Assembly (NCBI GenBank): GCA_973895155.1
Contig: OZ316898.1
Span: 18,735,292-18,799,291, forward strand
Reading direction: 5' to 3'
Source: Marsupella aquatica
Taxonomy: Eukaryota; Plantae; Marchantiophyta
Length of the DNA: 64,000 nt
Both the position numbers and the translations under genes were made by a program. This document shows positions 13,056-25,996 of the stretch, piece by piece (the stretch's first letter is position 1; the number at the start of each line of letters is the position of its first letter). The notes below the pieces were generated by a model. It was not told where the DNA came from, did no database searches, and worked only from the letters and a program-made list of their open reading frames with translations.

Positions 13056-14192
13056 TGAGTGCGAAACTTTGCTTGCGCTGTGGAACACCATTTTGGAGGA
13101 TCTTGTCGTTTTAAATGAAAATTGTCTAACACTAGTAGAACTCTGATTGCACAAGATAGTTCGGAAGACCATTTATGGAAGACCGTTCATGGACTCATAG
13201 TCTTACGGAAGAATGAACAGTTGGCCTAATACTTGACTTTGTGCCACACACTCAATCGTAATACATGATTGCTCTGCTTCCACGTCTGTCATCGTCTGTG
13301 GCTGAAATCAGCATTCGATTTATCGACCTGGGTGGGCGATGACAGGAAAGTCTCGCCAATCACACATGTCCAGAGAATGGAGATCTCAGCGCTGAGCTTC
13401 ATTTGCAATGCGACTGTCAACTGCTCGGATGGAACCCTTCCAATCGAAATTACATAATGACATCAAATCTCAATCGTGGTCAAATCTGGAGAGTATCGTT
13501 AATTTTCATTTATTAGAATCTTGCAACGAACCAGATTCGGATCTCTGGCTAAATATTGGGGATTGGAAGACTCCAGCTCCATCGTTGAGAGCTTAATTGT
13601 CAACAATCCAACATAGAATCCATACAACTTACAAACTCTCGAGCTTAATAGTCAACAATCTCGCGTAAAATCTATATCAGCTACAGAAGCTTGCTGCTTG
13701 ATTTGTGTGTAGCAGAATGGTGTATTCTGTATCTATGTTACCCTGTTGCACATGTTGCAATGTACATATGCCAGTGGGTCTCTTTGAATGAATCTTTGGG
13801 CAATGATTGATTAACCCGTAAAAAGAACCCTCTTCGTTTAAAAAGTAAAGAGAAGAATCTGTCTGTCCTATTATCGCTACTACTAGTACAAACTATAATA
13901 CAAACTCATGCCGTGGCCTCGTTTTCGTAGCCCTCAAAAAATTGGAAGGGATATTGTGCTTTTGCCGCAACAATTCTCCCTATGCTACAAGATGTGGAGG
14001 ACCCGTGGCAGCAGAAGGTCGAATTACAACACTTGCCCTCATGTGCCCAAAAACAATACTCCTCAGGTGCTCGAATTTGATCCTTTACAAAAGCTAACTG
14101 TACCCTTCCGTCTCGCTCATTCAGAATTTGAGTGATGGTCATTGGAAGCGCGGAGACGAATATTGTTGGACGATGATTGAGTGTTCCACCGG

Positions 14193-15497
14193 TCAGCGCC
14201 TGTCATCGCAATGATTTATCCTATGTCGTATTCGTCTCAGGAGATCAGCAGCTCTCCGCTTAGTTTCTGGGTTGATTCTACTGTCATCAGCTTGACAGAA
14301 AGCCCACAATTGGATCAAAATTCCCGCTTGCCCAGCTGCCTCATCGAGGCACTTCCTCTGGGAGAACTGGCAGACAGTCCACAGGCACGAGATGGCGCTC
14401 TCAGACGCCAGGACATCTCTCTGGCCGATGATTCTCAAGAGCATTGGTACAATCAGACCGTGTTTGCTCACAGCCTGTTGCCCCTCTGCACAAGAGCACA
14501 ACAGCTCCAACAGTTCCGTCAATGGGCGGTCTTGGCATCTCCTTTCAGCATCAGGTAGTAACTCAGCCACAGCAAACACCACCCCTGCCTCCACTGCTCT
14601 CACCATATTCCTCTCCAAACCGGAGACGATTGTCACAACAGCCTTCAAGGCAGCGTCTCGTGCTCTGGGGTACAGATCCTCTTTGAGCAGCTGGACCAGG
14701 CCCTCAAACACCCCAGCTGTAGCACCGACAAGCAGCTTTAAATCATCGTCATCCTGGCAGAGCCTTCCTAAAACCACGGCAGCGTTCACTCGCGCATCTA
14801 TCGAGCTACTTCTATTGAGAAACCAAGAGATTGCAGTGAGCTGCTTGGCATCAACGAGGATCAGCTGGCTGCTGATGTTGTTCTGCAGCGGAAGCAGCAC
14901 GGTCAGCACCCCCAGCGCCGTCTCACTCGCTTCCACGGACTCCTTCCTCAAATTCTCCGGAGAAAATGCGAAGTGAGCTAGAATTGGAATCGCCCCTGCT
15001 TCCCGCAGGACTCTCCGATTCTCAAGCTGGTGATTGGAGTCCATCGCCAGGCTCTTGAGCTTCCTCAATGAGTTGTACCGATCCATTCCCAGAGCGACCT
15101 GCTGTAGAATCTGGCTCACTTGCCGTCTAGTCGCCGTCGCCGTCTCAGTCGCAGTCGCACGTTGTTGTAAGTCCGCCACATCCGCCGTCAACGGCTGTCT
15201 GTCTCCAAGGTTGGGCGTGGAAGCGTGACGACGGTGTTGTGGGACGGCGACGGCGGCGAGGCTGATATCGTTACACAGTCGCCAACGGCGGATCAGCCGT
15301 TGGAGAGTGCTGTTCGGAGCCACGTCTTTGCTGTCGACCACCTGCATCGTCGAGGGGCACGTGTTGTGGCCCGTCTCGAACCATTTCTCTATGCTTCTGC
15401 GATCGTATGTCTGGCCTGTGCTCAGCGTTACCGGATCCTTCATCACCTCGAGCGAGATCGGGCACATGAAGTCAATCGGCACTGACAGCTCTACCAT
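14193..15497 (-). CDS. Plant U-box/ARM-repeat E3 ubiquitin ligase, paralogue 2, 434 aa, intronless
   Basis: MVELSVPIDFMCPISLEVMKDPVTLSTGQTYDRRSIEKWFETGHNTCPST U-box; ARM region collinear with paralogues 1 and 3. Confidence 0.94.
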   Translation of the reverse strand: MVELSVPIDFMCPISLEVMKDPVTLSTGQTYDRRSIEKWFETGHNTCPSTMQVVDSKDVAPNSTLQRLIRRWRLCNDISLAAVAVPQHRRHASTPNLGDRQPLTADVADLQQRATATETATATRRQVSQILQQVALGMDRYNSLRKLKSLAMDSNHQLENRRVLREAGAIPILAHFAFSPENLRKESVEASETALGVLTVLLPLQNNISSQLILVDAKQLTAISWFLNRSSSIDARVNAAVVLGRLCQDDDDLKLLVGATAGVFEGLVQLLKEDLYPRARDAALKAVVTIVSGLERNMVRAVEAGVVFAVAELLPDAERRCQDRPLTELLELLCSCAEGQQAVSKHGLIVPMLLRIIGQRDVLASESAISCLWTVCQFSQRKCLDEAAGQAGILIQLWAFCQADDSRINPETKRRAADLLRRIRHRINHCDDRR

Positions 15498-16405
15498 GCT
15501 CTTCCTCGATCAACCGAACTCTTCCCCTTTCCCGTCTTCCCCTTTCCAAATTCGTTCCTTCCTTCCAAACTTTCAATGATTTCAATCCTCTCACGAATTC
15601 TGCCGCCGGTGTGGTACAGAAGACACACTGAATTCCCCACCTCCTGGAAATGCCGTCTTGAGAATTTCTCCTGACTGAAAAGCTCTTCACCACTCGAGCG
15701 AAATCGTGCACATGAAATCGATCAGTATTGACTGCTCAACTCGTGCTGTCCTCGATGAGACGAATTGTTTCCCTTCCCCTTCCCCTTTCCGAATTCGATC
15801 GTTCCTTCCAAACTTTCAATGATTTCAATCCTCTCACGAATTCTGCCGCCGGTGTAGTAGTACAGTAGAGAAGTTGAATTGCCCACTTCCTGGAAATGCA
15901 CCGTCTGAGAATTTATCCTGACTGAAAACCTCTTCACCACTCGTCGATCAGCATTGACAGCTCAACTGCGCTCGTCCTGGATCAACCCAATTCTATCACT
16001 TGCCCTTCCTCTTCCCTACTTCGTTCTTTCCTTCCACACTTTCAATGATTTCAATCCTCGCACGAATTCTGCCGCCGGTGTAGTACAGAAGACACACTGA
16101 ATTCCCCACCTCCTGGAAATGCTCCGTCTGAGAATTTCTCCTGACTGAAAAGCGCTTCACCACTCGAGCGAGGCCATGCACATGAAATCGATCAATTTTG
16201 CCAGCTCAATCATGCTCTTCCTGGATCAACCCATTTCTCTCCATTCCCCTTTCCGAATTCGTTCGTTCCTTCCAAACTTTCAATGATTTCAATCCTCTCA
16301 AGAAGTCTGTCGCTGGTATAGTAGTAGTACAGTAGCAAAGCTGAATTCCCCCACCTCTTGAAAATGCACCCTCCTACAAATTCTCCTAACTGAAAAGCTC
16401 TTCAG
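15440..16405. repeat. Four tandem ~230-245-bp copies comprising the upstream region plus the first ~18 codons of U-box gene 2
   Basis: ctcgagcga..gcacatgaa.tc.atc...ttccaaactttcaatgatttcaatcctctc..gaattctgccgccggtgt...ctgactgaaaa recurs at ~15440, ~15686, ~15932 and ~16156. Confidence 0.9.
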
Positions 16406-17327
16406 CTTCTGTCAGATATCAGATGAATGAGCAATGGACTCTCTATAAAAAGGGTCATGACAGTGTGCAACTTATGTGGAGAAGGTCATGGGCATACACG
16501 CGGCACTTTGGGATTAAACAATTCAACCTGTTTAGATACAAAGCAAAATGATGAGAAGGTCATGGTTGGACACGTGGCGAACTTTGCAGTAAACCAGCTC
16601 ACCCTGTTTAGATACAAAGAAAATTGATTTTTCCTGTTTGCACCACCTCACATTGACGCTAAAGACAACTTTTATTGGTTAGCAAAGTAAACTTTTATCG
16701 TGTTTGTGTTGCAAAAAGGAAATTTTTTTGGCTTGCACCTTTCCTTCTTATCTACTCGAAAATTCATTTCATCCAAAACTTTATCTCGCTTTTACTTTCT
16801 CTATTTCTTCCTATTAGTTTATTTCTGATGTATTCATCCAAGTACACTCAACAATCCCACTATGTTGTTGGTCTGTCTGGTGTGTTATTGAGGTCAGAGT
16901 CTTTCCACTCTTAGACTTTGATTTTGATGTAAGTCCGCTTGGCTATCTCTTGGGCCGTGGGGAAAGGGCTCCTGGGGTTTGGTGTTGTATCCTATTGTCA
17001 TACAGAGCCACTCATGGCATGCACAAGAAGGACTTCGTATACCCAGACTACCATGCCCTATCCCCATTAACAAGCATAGTCTAAATAACATTTTCTTTCT
17101 CTTACAAGGTAAATTATGGCCTATGGCCTCTCTATGGAGTAGGTTATGAATGGTAGACTTAGGTTGAGAATTATAGTATACATTGGTCTCTTTAGGTTTT
17201 GTTGGTCTGTTAGTACTTTAGGTGGGTCAACTCCACTGGGCCTTGCTTGCTTCTGACCTTTGGGCCTTGTACTTGGGGATATTTTGGTTAGGATTAAATC
17301 TGTATCGAATGAGATAGCATCAACACA

Positions 17328-17733
17328 TGTGGACAAACATTCATGGACAACAAGATTAAAACTATGTCGTACACCCCATCTGGGCTAAGGGTTGAGCATA
17401 GATGACATTCGTAACGGCAAGCCCATGAATCATCCAACGTACAATAGTCGACACAGAGAGATACGTGGTTCACCTCCACATGAGGCTACGTCCACGGGAA
17501 CACACAAGAGCTTTACTGCACTCTAGGCCGACCGGCCATACCAAGCATCCACAGCACAAGCTCTCCATATCTCTCAACTAGCTCCGTAACAATGAGCCTA
17601 AGTTCCACCAGGGTCTGGCATCAGCCCTGGCTATATGCACAACAGCACTACCGCTAACCTTAGCTAGGTCCTAACCCGAGTTAGCCTAACTGTGGTTAGC
17701 ACAAGAGTCACAAGACTAGAGCAATATCTAACA
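17328..17733 (-). repeat. 3' LTR of copia copy A (~406 bp)
   Basis: Starts tgtggac, ends tatctaaca; 17490-17733 is repeated at 35600-35838. The left boundary is inferred from the TG dinucleotide only. Confidence 0.8.
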
Positions 17734-17743
17734 AACTCCCCCT
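17734..17743 (-). other. Polypurine tract of copia A
   Basis: Minus strand AGGGGGAGTT directly precedes the LTR start TGTTAGA. Confidence 0.85.
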
Positions 17744-17940
17744 TGACTCTTGTCTTGGGGACTGGACTAAATGCTACCATATGGAATCCTCAGCGGGAAG
17801 TTCTAGACAATCACCAAACCAGGTCTCCTCCTAAAAACCACAAGGGTTAACTAAGGGTTAACTAGAACTAAGCCGTAGCCTAACAGGAATGAGTAATCCA
17901 TATACAAATAGTCACACATTGCTAAATAACTCTACTTGCA

Positions 17941-20900
17941 CTACAACTGCAAAACCTGCAAAGTAGCACGGTGTCTTGAGAAACTCTCCAAAGGAATCAC
18001 TTTGGTAAAGGCATCAGCGGGATTGAGCTTTCCATCAATCTTGACTAGCTCAAAAGTTTTATCAGACACTGCTTGCCTGATAAAATGGTACCTGATATCA
18101 ATGTGCTTCACCCTGATATCCATCACCTAGTTAGCAACCAAGTGAAGAGCACTCTAACTATCACAGTTTAGAGTCATTTTTCCATGCTCTAAACCCATCG
18201 CCGCGATCAACTTATCCAACCAAATTGCTTCCTTTGCAGCTTCTGCTGCTGCAACATACTCAGCTTCTGTAGTAGACTGAGATATGCACTTCTACAAGGT
18301 AGATTTCCAACTGATACATCCTCCTCCAAGAGTGTATACAAACCCAGTTGTAGACCTCCTTGTATCCAGACAGCCTCCATAGTCAGAATCTACATAGCCA
18401 ACTAACGTTCTATCTAATCTGTTATCAAATAGTAATCCACAGTCCTCTGTTCCCTTCAGATACCTGAGAATCCACTTCACAACTTCCCAATGTACCTTCC
18501 CTGGATTTGACATGAATCTGCTAACCTTGCCCATCGCTAGGGCCAAGTCAGACCTAGTACATGTCATCAAATACATCAGACTGCCTACTGCCTTCTCATA
18601 AGGAATCTTAGCCATCAGACCTTTCTCCACAGCATCCGTAGGAGAGAAAGCCGATGATAACTTGAAATGTGAAGCTAAAGGAATACTCACTGGCTTACAG
18701 TTCTCCATGTTGAATCGTGCAAGTACTTTCCTCGCATACTGGCCTTGACTCAAGCACAACTGTCCAGTCTCAGAGTTCCTAAAAATCTTCATCCCTAAGA
18801 TCCTCTTGGCCTTACCAAGATCCTTCATCCTGAATTCAGCACTCAATTTTGCCTTGAGATTGTCAACCTCAGATTGATCTTTAGCCACAATCAGCATGTC
18901 ATCCACATAGATCACTAGAATGATGAACCCAAACACATCATTCTTGACTGATTTCGTATACACACAAGGATCATACACCATCCTTGTAAAACCTTGAGCA
19001 AACATGAAATCATCAAACCGCTTGTTCCACTGTCTGGGAGACTGCTTCAATCCATACAAGGACTTGAGCAATCTGCAAACTAAGCTCTCTTGGCCCTTCT
19101 TCATAAAGCCTACTGGTTGTCTCATGAAGATCATCTCTTCCAAGTTGCTATAGAGAAAAGCAATAACAACATCCATCTGATCCATCACCACATTAAAAAA
19201 TACAACAAGTTGACACAAGATCCGAATTGTGGAATACTTAGCCACCGGTGAAAAGACCTCATTGTAATCCACTCCTTTCTCCTAAGTGAACCCCTTGGCA
19301 ACAAGCCTTGCCTTGTAGATCTTATCTCCACCCTCTGAAGGACTGTCCTTCAACTTGTAAATCCACTTGCTGTCCACCACTTGTTGACCTCTTGGAAGCT
19401 CCACCAGCTCCCATGTCTTGTTGTCACTCAAAGATTGCAACTCCCTCTGCATTGCTGCATTCCACTCATGCTTTTGCTCTGAAGCACAAGCCTCACTATA
19501 CGAAGAAGGCTCTCCTTCTTCCAAGATCAAAGCCATATCATCTTCATCAGGTGCAATGTCAATATTATCTAGCTTAGATGAGTCTGCCCATTGACCATAC
19601 CTGGTAGGAGCTCTAATAGAACGACTGGAAGTTCTTCTAGTAGATGACTCAGGCTGATCTGTTGCTGCTGCTGCTGGTTGAATTTGAGGTACCCCAACAA
19701 CAATTTGCTCCTCTTGTTCCATCATAGGAACCAGCTCCAAGCCCGGAGCTTCTCCATCTCTCCTGTCATGAACTGCATCATGACTAATCTCCCCCTCAAC
19801 CCGGTCCAGGATGGGAGATTTCCCCTTGTCGGTATGGAAGTCCTGAGAACTCTCCCCCTCCTTTGATGATCTGGATTCATTAAAGGACACATCTCTACTG
19901 ACAATTAGCTTACAGGTTACTGGATCCCATAACCTATAACCCTTCAAACCTTTCTGATAACCAAGGAAAATGCACTTCTTCGATTTGGACTCCAGCTTGT
20001 TTCGAAGCTGGGAAGGTGTAAGCACATAAGCATCACATCCAAAAATCCTCAGATGTGAGTAATCAGCTGGACGCCCGTACCTCATTTCAAATGGCGTCTT
20101 GAATTCAATAGAACTGGATGGAGAAAAATTTACCAAATAAGCTGCAGTGTTGACAGCTTCAGCCCAAAACTCATGTGGTAAGCATGATTGACTTAATATA
20201 CTCCTCGAGCAATCCAATAGTGTTTGGTTGAGTCTCTCAGAAACACCATTCTGCTGAGGAGTATAGCTTGTTGTGAGATGGCGGGTAATCCCCTGCTCCT
20301 TACAATAAGTTCCAAATTTACCGGAACTGTATTCACCGCCGTTATCCGATCGAAGATATCTCACCTTATTACCAGTCTGATTCTCAACTTGGGCTTTCCA
20401 CTCCTTAAAAGTGGCAAAAACATCAGACTTATTGTGTAGAAAGTATATCCACACATACCTTGAGTAATCGTCAATGAACGTGACATAGTATAACCGTCCA
20501 GAATGTGAGGGAGTAGGGGCGGGACCCCACACATCACTATGTACATACTCAAGTACCTCCTTGCTGGTGTGAGTTCCAACTCCGAAGGGTTTCCTGTGCT
20601 GCTTCCCTAGCACACAATGCTCACAAAATTCCAACTTACAAGATTGCAAATTAGAAAGTAATCCTTTCTTCTGAAGAATAACCAAACCTTTTTCACTCAT
20701 GTGGCCAAAACGGAAGTGCCACAGTCGGGCTGTCTCCTCATGAGATAAGGTTACATTGGCTTCATCATAGACTACACTGCCCTCCATAACGTATAGATTG
20801 CAATGTCTCTGTCCCTTCAATACAACTTTCGTACCAGTTGAAACCTGAAGGACACCATTAGCAGAACTCCACTGATGGCCATTTGCCTCTAAAACTCCAA

Positions 20901-21162
20901 GTGAAATAAGATTTTTCATCATGTTGGGAATATGTCTCACATTCCTCAATGTTCTCACAGCACCATCAAACATCTGAAATCTTACAGATCCAAGTCCAAC
21001 AACTTGACATGAGATTCCATTTCCCATCAACACTAACCCGTTGGAAACCGTGTAAGAACTGAAACAATCTCTTCTAGAGCAAATGTGAAAAGTACATGCA
21101 CTATCTAGAATCCAGTCATCACTACCTGGATTTGACACTACGTTGAGAGCATAACCTTGACA
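17941..21162 (-). pseudogene. pol: Copia A pol (protease, integrase, RT, RNase H) with in-frame stops
   Basis: WILDSAC protease; H..H..C..C plus HSDVWG/LRSDNGGEY/NGVSER integrase; YKARLVAKG and YVDDML RT; STTEAEY/KHIDIRYHFIR/NPADAFTK RNase H. TAG stops at 19282, 18292, 18154 and 18127. Confidence 0.95.
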
Positions 21163-22217
21163 TCACAATATGTCATCATCATCGAGTAAATCTACCTCAT
21201 GCGAGCTCGATATTGCGTTAGCAGAGACAGTAGGGACCTTTACTCGACAATCCCTTTTCATGTGGCCTGGCTTGCCACAATTCCAACATGCAAGAGGCTT
21301 CCTCTCTTGCGATTTTCCTCTGGATTTAGATCTCCCCCGTGATGTAGATCTAAACTTGTTCTGCCCATTCGTGCGCTGCGTTGCTCTTCCCCTATTCACA
21401 TTGAGCGCAGTGCCAGAAGAAGATGCTGTCTGTGATTGACCCAGCTTCTTCTGAGCATCATTAGACAGTAAAGAGCTTACCACCTCATTATACGAAATGA
21501 ACTTCAGATCTCTGTACAAGAGCACCTGTTTCAAGCCTTGATATGACGGCGGTAAGGAGCTTAGCAGAAGCAAGGCCTTATCCTCATCTTCAACTCCTTT
21601 TCCCAGGTTTGACAGATCAACCGCTAGACTGTCAAACTCATCCAGGTGATCCTGCATCTTACTCCCTTCCTTGAGCCTGAGGCTCATCAAGAGAGATTCT
21701 TGTACAGCCGATCTGACGCATCTTCCCGGTAGTACTTCTCTCTTAGAGCCTTGAACAGTGACGCGCAATTCGCATAATCATCCAGTTGCTTGATGATGTG
21801 CGGCTTGAGATATAGCATCACTGCATTGACAGCAATCACCTGCTCCTGTCTCCACTGTCTCACAGAAATCTCCTCCTCTCCATCATACTGCTCTCGCAAA
21901 GAGAGCAGATGAGCTAAGCCCATGGCCCGAAGAACACCCTTCACTTGCTTCTCCCATAGCAAGTAATCAGTACGACCATCGTACTTCTCCACCTCAAACT
22001 TCACTCCTCCAAATCTAGCCATCTCCCTCTTCTTCCCCAATACCGACAGCTCTGGTAGTAGTACAGCTTCCTCCACTGCACGTCGCACCGGTGATCGTAC
22101 CGGTGTTACTTGTTCCTCCTCAAACAGTAGCAGCTCCTCTTCAGACTCTCCGCCTGAACGTCGCGATCCCGAAGCTCCACCGACGCCAATTCTTCCAGTA
22201 TCCTCCGAGTCACTCAT
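21163..22217 (-). pseudogene. gag: Copia A gag, split into two frames at ~21695
   Basis: KFEVEKYDG..DYLLW, copia gag core LRLKEGSKMQDHLDEF/LLLSSLPPSY, CCHC knuckle CWNCGKPGHMKRDC. Confidence 0.9.
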
Positions 22218-23263
22218 ATGAAACAATCACGAAAAAATGTCTTTGTTGAAACTTCTCATAAAACTCAAAACTCAACACCGCCGCGTAGCCCACAAAGCTA
22301 GGAGTCCAATACTGAAATCCAAAATCAAAATCAAAATTCGACGGAAAAGTTATTCAAATTTTGGTCGGGGTGGGTAAAACCTTGTGAAACTCCCCCGTTT
22401 TGACCACCTCGGAGAATAACCAAAATACCAAGTACAACCTGTCGTCGGAATCGCGATGTGATCGGTGCGCCGCGTTGCTAACTCTAGTGGCAACCTCCTC
22501 ACCAAAAAAGAACCAAAACAATTACCGTGCGGCGGACGGAATCTTTGTGTGACGGCCGAATATTCCCGCACAGTCCGACAAGTCTCACAGGGGGCCATTC
22601 CCCCTGTCAAAGCGGTTAAAACGGAGGGCAGCAGGTCCCGGCACAAGAGGAAAAGCAAGGGGAAAGAAAAAAGCTTAAAATAGGGCCCTAAAGGGGGTGC
22701 AAAGCCCCTTTAAACAAGAATACATGTAAAAGGGCCGTCGTACGCACAGGGGGTATACCCGGGCGGTTGCATACGCAGCCGCGTATGCCGTATGCTGGGC
22801 CGGGGAACCAAAAAAAAACTTTTGCAAGGAGGAGTGAGGGGCGACCGGCGGCCGACAGGTCACGCGAAGAAGGAGGCAGGGCGTCAGGGCCGGCCAAAGG
22901 GAGGAAAGCACGAAAAAATTCCCCCTAATGTAAACACAATGTCGCATGAAACTCGAATGTGTGTGGCTGAGCGGATAGGTTAGTGAGAGGGCTTTCTAAC
23001 GGTGGTTAGAACTCGCTGATCAGTATCCGTGGTGCGGAGGAATTGAAGTTTGCGTCGTTCAGGATTTATTCATGTTCGACGGTTTTTCGGGGGAGAGACC
23101 AGAGTTTGCGTTTTTCAACGGGGTGAGCTGTGCGGTGCGGGCACATTATAGCTCACGTTGAAGGTTGATGCGAGCTGGTCGTTTCGGTAGCTGAGTTGCT
23201 ACCGAGTTGTTACCGAGTGAGACGTGACGAGTGACGGAGGCGTTCAGGTTTTATCACAAGCTA

Positions 23264-24106
23264 TGGAGCTTGTTCAAATCTGAACCGGGTTTCTCTTCGT
23301 GACGTACGACTCGATGGAAGAAACGTGAAGTGCTGCGGCTCAACGGTTTGATCACGGCAAGGCGGTTGTTTTGAGCCTGGGATTGGCACTTGATGCGGAG
23401 TGAAGGCGATGCGGCGGAAATTGTTTACTCAGTTGAAGCGGCAGACTGAGCCGGTGAAATTTGGCCACATTTACCATCGGCGGCGTTCTTTTTACTCGTT
23501 GGAACTAGCGACGGCAAAGGTGAGTTTATGCCTTTTTTCGTTGGGGGGGTCATTTTTGGTTTTAAAGGCATTTAACCCCTTGTGTGTGTTTACACACACG
23601 TTCTCCCCCTCCTCCCCGTCCCGCCCTGTGTACCGTGTATGTGCGCCCCCCCCCCGACACTCCCGTTTTTTGTGGCGCAGCGGCGTGGAGCTTGTTCACA
23701 TCTGAACCGGGTTTCTCTTCGTGACGTACGACTCGGTGGAAGAAACGTGAAGTGTTGCGGCTCAACGGTTTGATCGCGGCAAGGCGGTTGTTTTGAGCCC
23801 GGGATTGGCACTTGACGCGGAGTGAAGGCGACGCGGCGGAAATTGTTTACTCAGTTGAAGCGGCAGACTGAGCCGGTGAAATTCGGCCACATTTACCGTC
23901 GGCGGCGTTCTTTTTACTCGTTGGAAATAGCGGCGGCAAAGGTGAGTTTATGCCTTTTTTTCGTTGGGGGGGTCATTTTTGGTTTTAAAGGCATTTAACC
24001 CCTTGTGTGTGTTTACACACACGTTCTCCCCCTCCTCCCCGTCCCGCCCTGTGTACCGTGTATGCGCGCCCCCCCCCGCACTCCCATTTTTTGTGGCGCA
24101 GCGGCG
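23264..24106. repeat. Near-identical tandem duplication (~422-bp unit) in the copia B leader
   Basis: tggagcttgttca.atctgaaccgggtttctc ... tttgtggcgcagcggcg at 23264-23685 and 23686-24106. Confidence 0.95.
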
Positions 24107-24937
24107 CCCTGTGCAGCGCCGGCCGGCGTGATTGCAGCCGCTCGGCAGCTGCAGCCCTCCCGTGACCACCCCGTGCCTTAGGGCCTTCCCCGCGCGCCCC
24201 TGGCTGCTGGCCCTGCCTTTGCCCTGTGCCCCCGGTTCTCCCACCTCGTGCCTGCCTCCTGCCGGTGCCCCTCCACGGCGCACGGCGACGGTAAGCCCCC
24301 GGGAGCCCCGTACGCAATCGTATTTTACTCCCGGACCCCACCTTGACGCCCTGTACACCCCCTGGCCCGCCTCGCGTCGCCTATACGTGGATGCGCCTTT
24401 TTATACTCGTATTTTTGGATTTAAGGCACTTTGCACCCCTTTAGGGCCTATTTTTGGCTCTTCTTCACTTCCTCTTGTTTTACTTGGTGCCGGGACCTGC
24501 CGCCCTCCATTTTAACCGCTTAGACAGGGGGAATGGCTCCCTGTGAGACCTGTCAGACTGTGCGGGAATATTCCCAAAAAACAGAGAGCTGTTTTTTGGT
24601 TGTCCGACGAAGATTCCATCCGCCGAACGGTAACTTTTTTGGTTCGTTTTTGGTGAGGACGTTGTCACTAGAGTTAGCAACGCGGCGCACCAATCACATT
24701 GCAATTCCGACGACGGGTTGTACTGGGTATTTTGGTTATTCTCCGAGATGGTCAAAATGGGGGAGTTTCCCAAGGTTTTACCCACCCCGACCAAAATTTG
24801 AATAACTTTTCCGTCGAATTTTGATTTTGATTTTGGCTTTTAGTATTGGACTCCTAGCTTTGTGGGCTACAAGACGGTGTTGAGTTTTGAGTTTTGTGAG
24901 AAGTTTTGAAAAAAGACATTTTTCGTGATTGTTTCAT

Positions 24938-25996
24938 ATGAGTGACTCGGAGGATACTGGAAGAATTGGCGTCGGTAGAGTTTCAGGATCTCGACGGTCA
25001 GATGGTGAGTCTGAGGAGGAGCTACTACTGTTTGAGGACCTCGGAACAAGTAACACCGGTACGATCACCGGTGCCACGTGCAGTGGAGGAAGCTGTGTTA
25101 CTACCAGAGCTATCGGTAGTGGGAAAGAATAGGGAGATGGCAAGATTTGGAGGAGTAAAGTTTGAGGTGGAGAAGTACAATGGTTGTACTGATTACTTGC
25201 TCTGGGAGAAGCAAGTGAAGGGTGTCCTTCGGGCCATGGGCTTAGCTCATCTGCTCTCTTCGCGAGAGCAGTATGATGGAGAGGAGGAGATATCTGTGAG
25301 ACAGTGGAGACAAGAGCAGGTGATTGATGTCAATGCAGTGATGCTATATCTCAAGCCGCACATCATCAAGCAACTGGATGATTATACGGATTGCACGTCA
25401 CTGTTCAAGGCTCTAAGAGAGAAGTACTACCGGGAAGATGCGTCAGATCGGCTGTACAAGAATCTCTCTTGATGAGCCTCAGGCTCAAGGAAGGGAGTAA
25501 GATGCAGGATCACCTGGATGAGTTTGACAGTCTAGTGGTTGATCTGTCAAACCTGGGAAAAGGAGTTGAAGATGAGGATAAGGCCTTGCTTCTACTAAGC
25601 TCCTTACCACCGTCATATCAGGGCTTGAAACAGGTGCTCTTGTACAGAGATCTGAAGTCCATTTCGTATAATGAGGTGGTAAGCTCTTTACTGTCTGATG
25701 ATGCTCAGAAGAAGCTGGGTCAATCACAGACAGCATCTTCTTCTGGCACTGCGCTCAATGTGAACAGGGGAAGAGTAGCGCAACGCACGAATGGACAGAA
25801 CAGGTTTAGATCTACATCACGGGGGAGATCTAAATCCAAAGGGAAATCGCAAGAGAGGAAGCCTCTTGCATGTTGGAATTGTGGCAAGCCTGGCCACATG
25901 AAAAGGGATTGTCGAGTCAAGGTCCCTACTGCCTCTGCTAACGCAGCATCAAGCTCGCATGAGGTAGATTTACTCGATGATGATGACATATTATGA
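24938..25996 (+). pseudogene. gag: Copia B gag (private 4-bp insertion at ~25039 plus the frameshift shared with A at ~25460)
   Basis: Peptides near-identical to copy A gag, including the CCHC knuckle. Confidence 0.9.

Larger units (their letters stand above)
17328..22940 (-). mobile_element. Ty1/copia LTR retrotransposon copy A (3' LTR, PPT, pol, gag, partial leader; 5' LTR and PBS missing)
   Basis: Copia order gag-PR-IN-RT-RH on the minus strand; LTR bounded TG...CA; PPT next to the LTR. Confidence 0.95.

Noticed and set aside
22990-23020. ttctaacggtggttagaactc as an LTR end plus PBS for copy B
   Set aside because: It does not match the family LTR end or a recognisable tRNA 3' complement; it is only a 7-bp hairpin.
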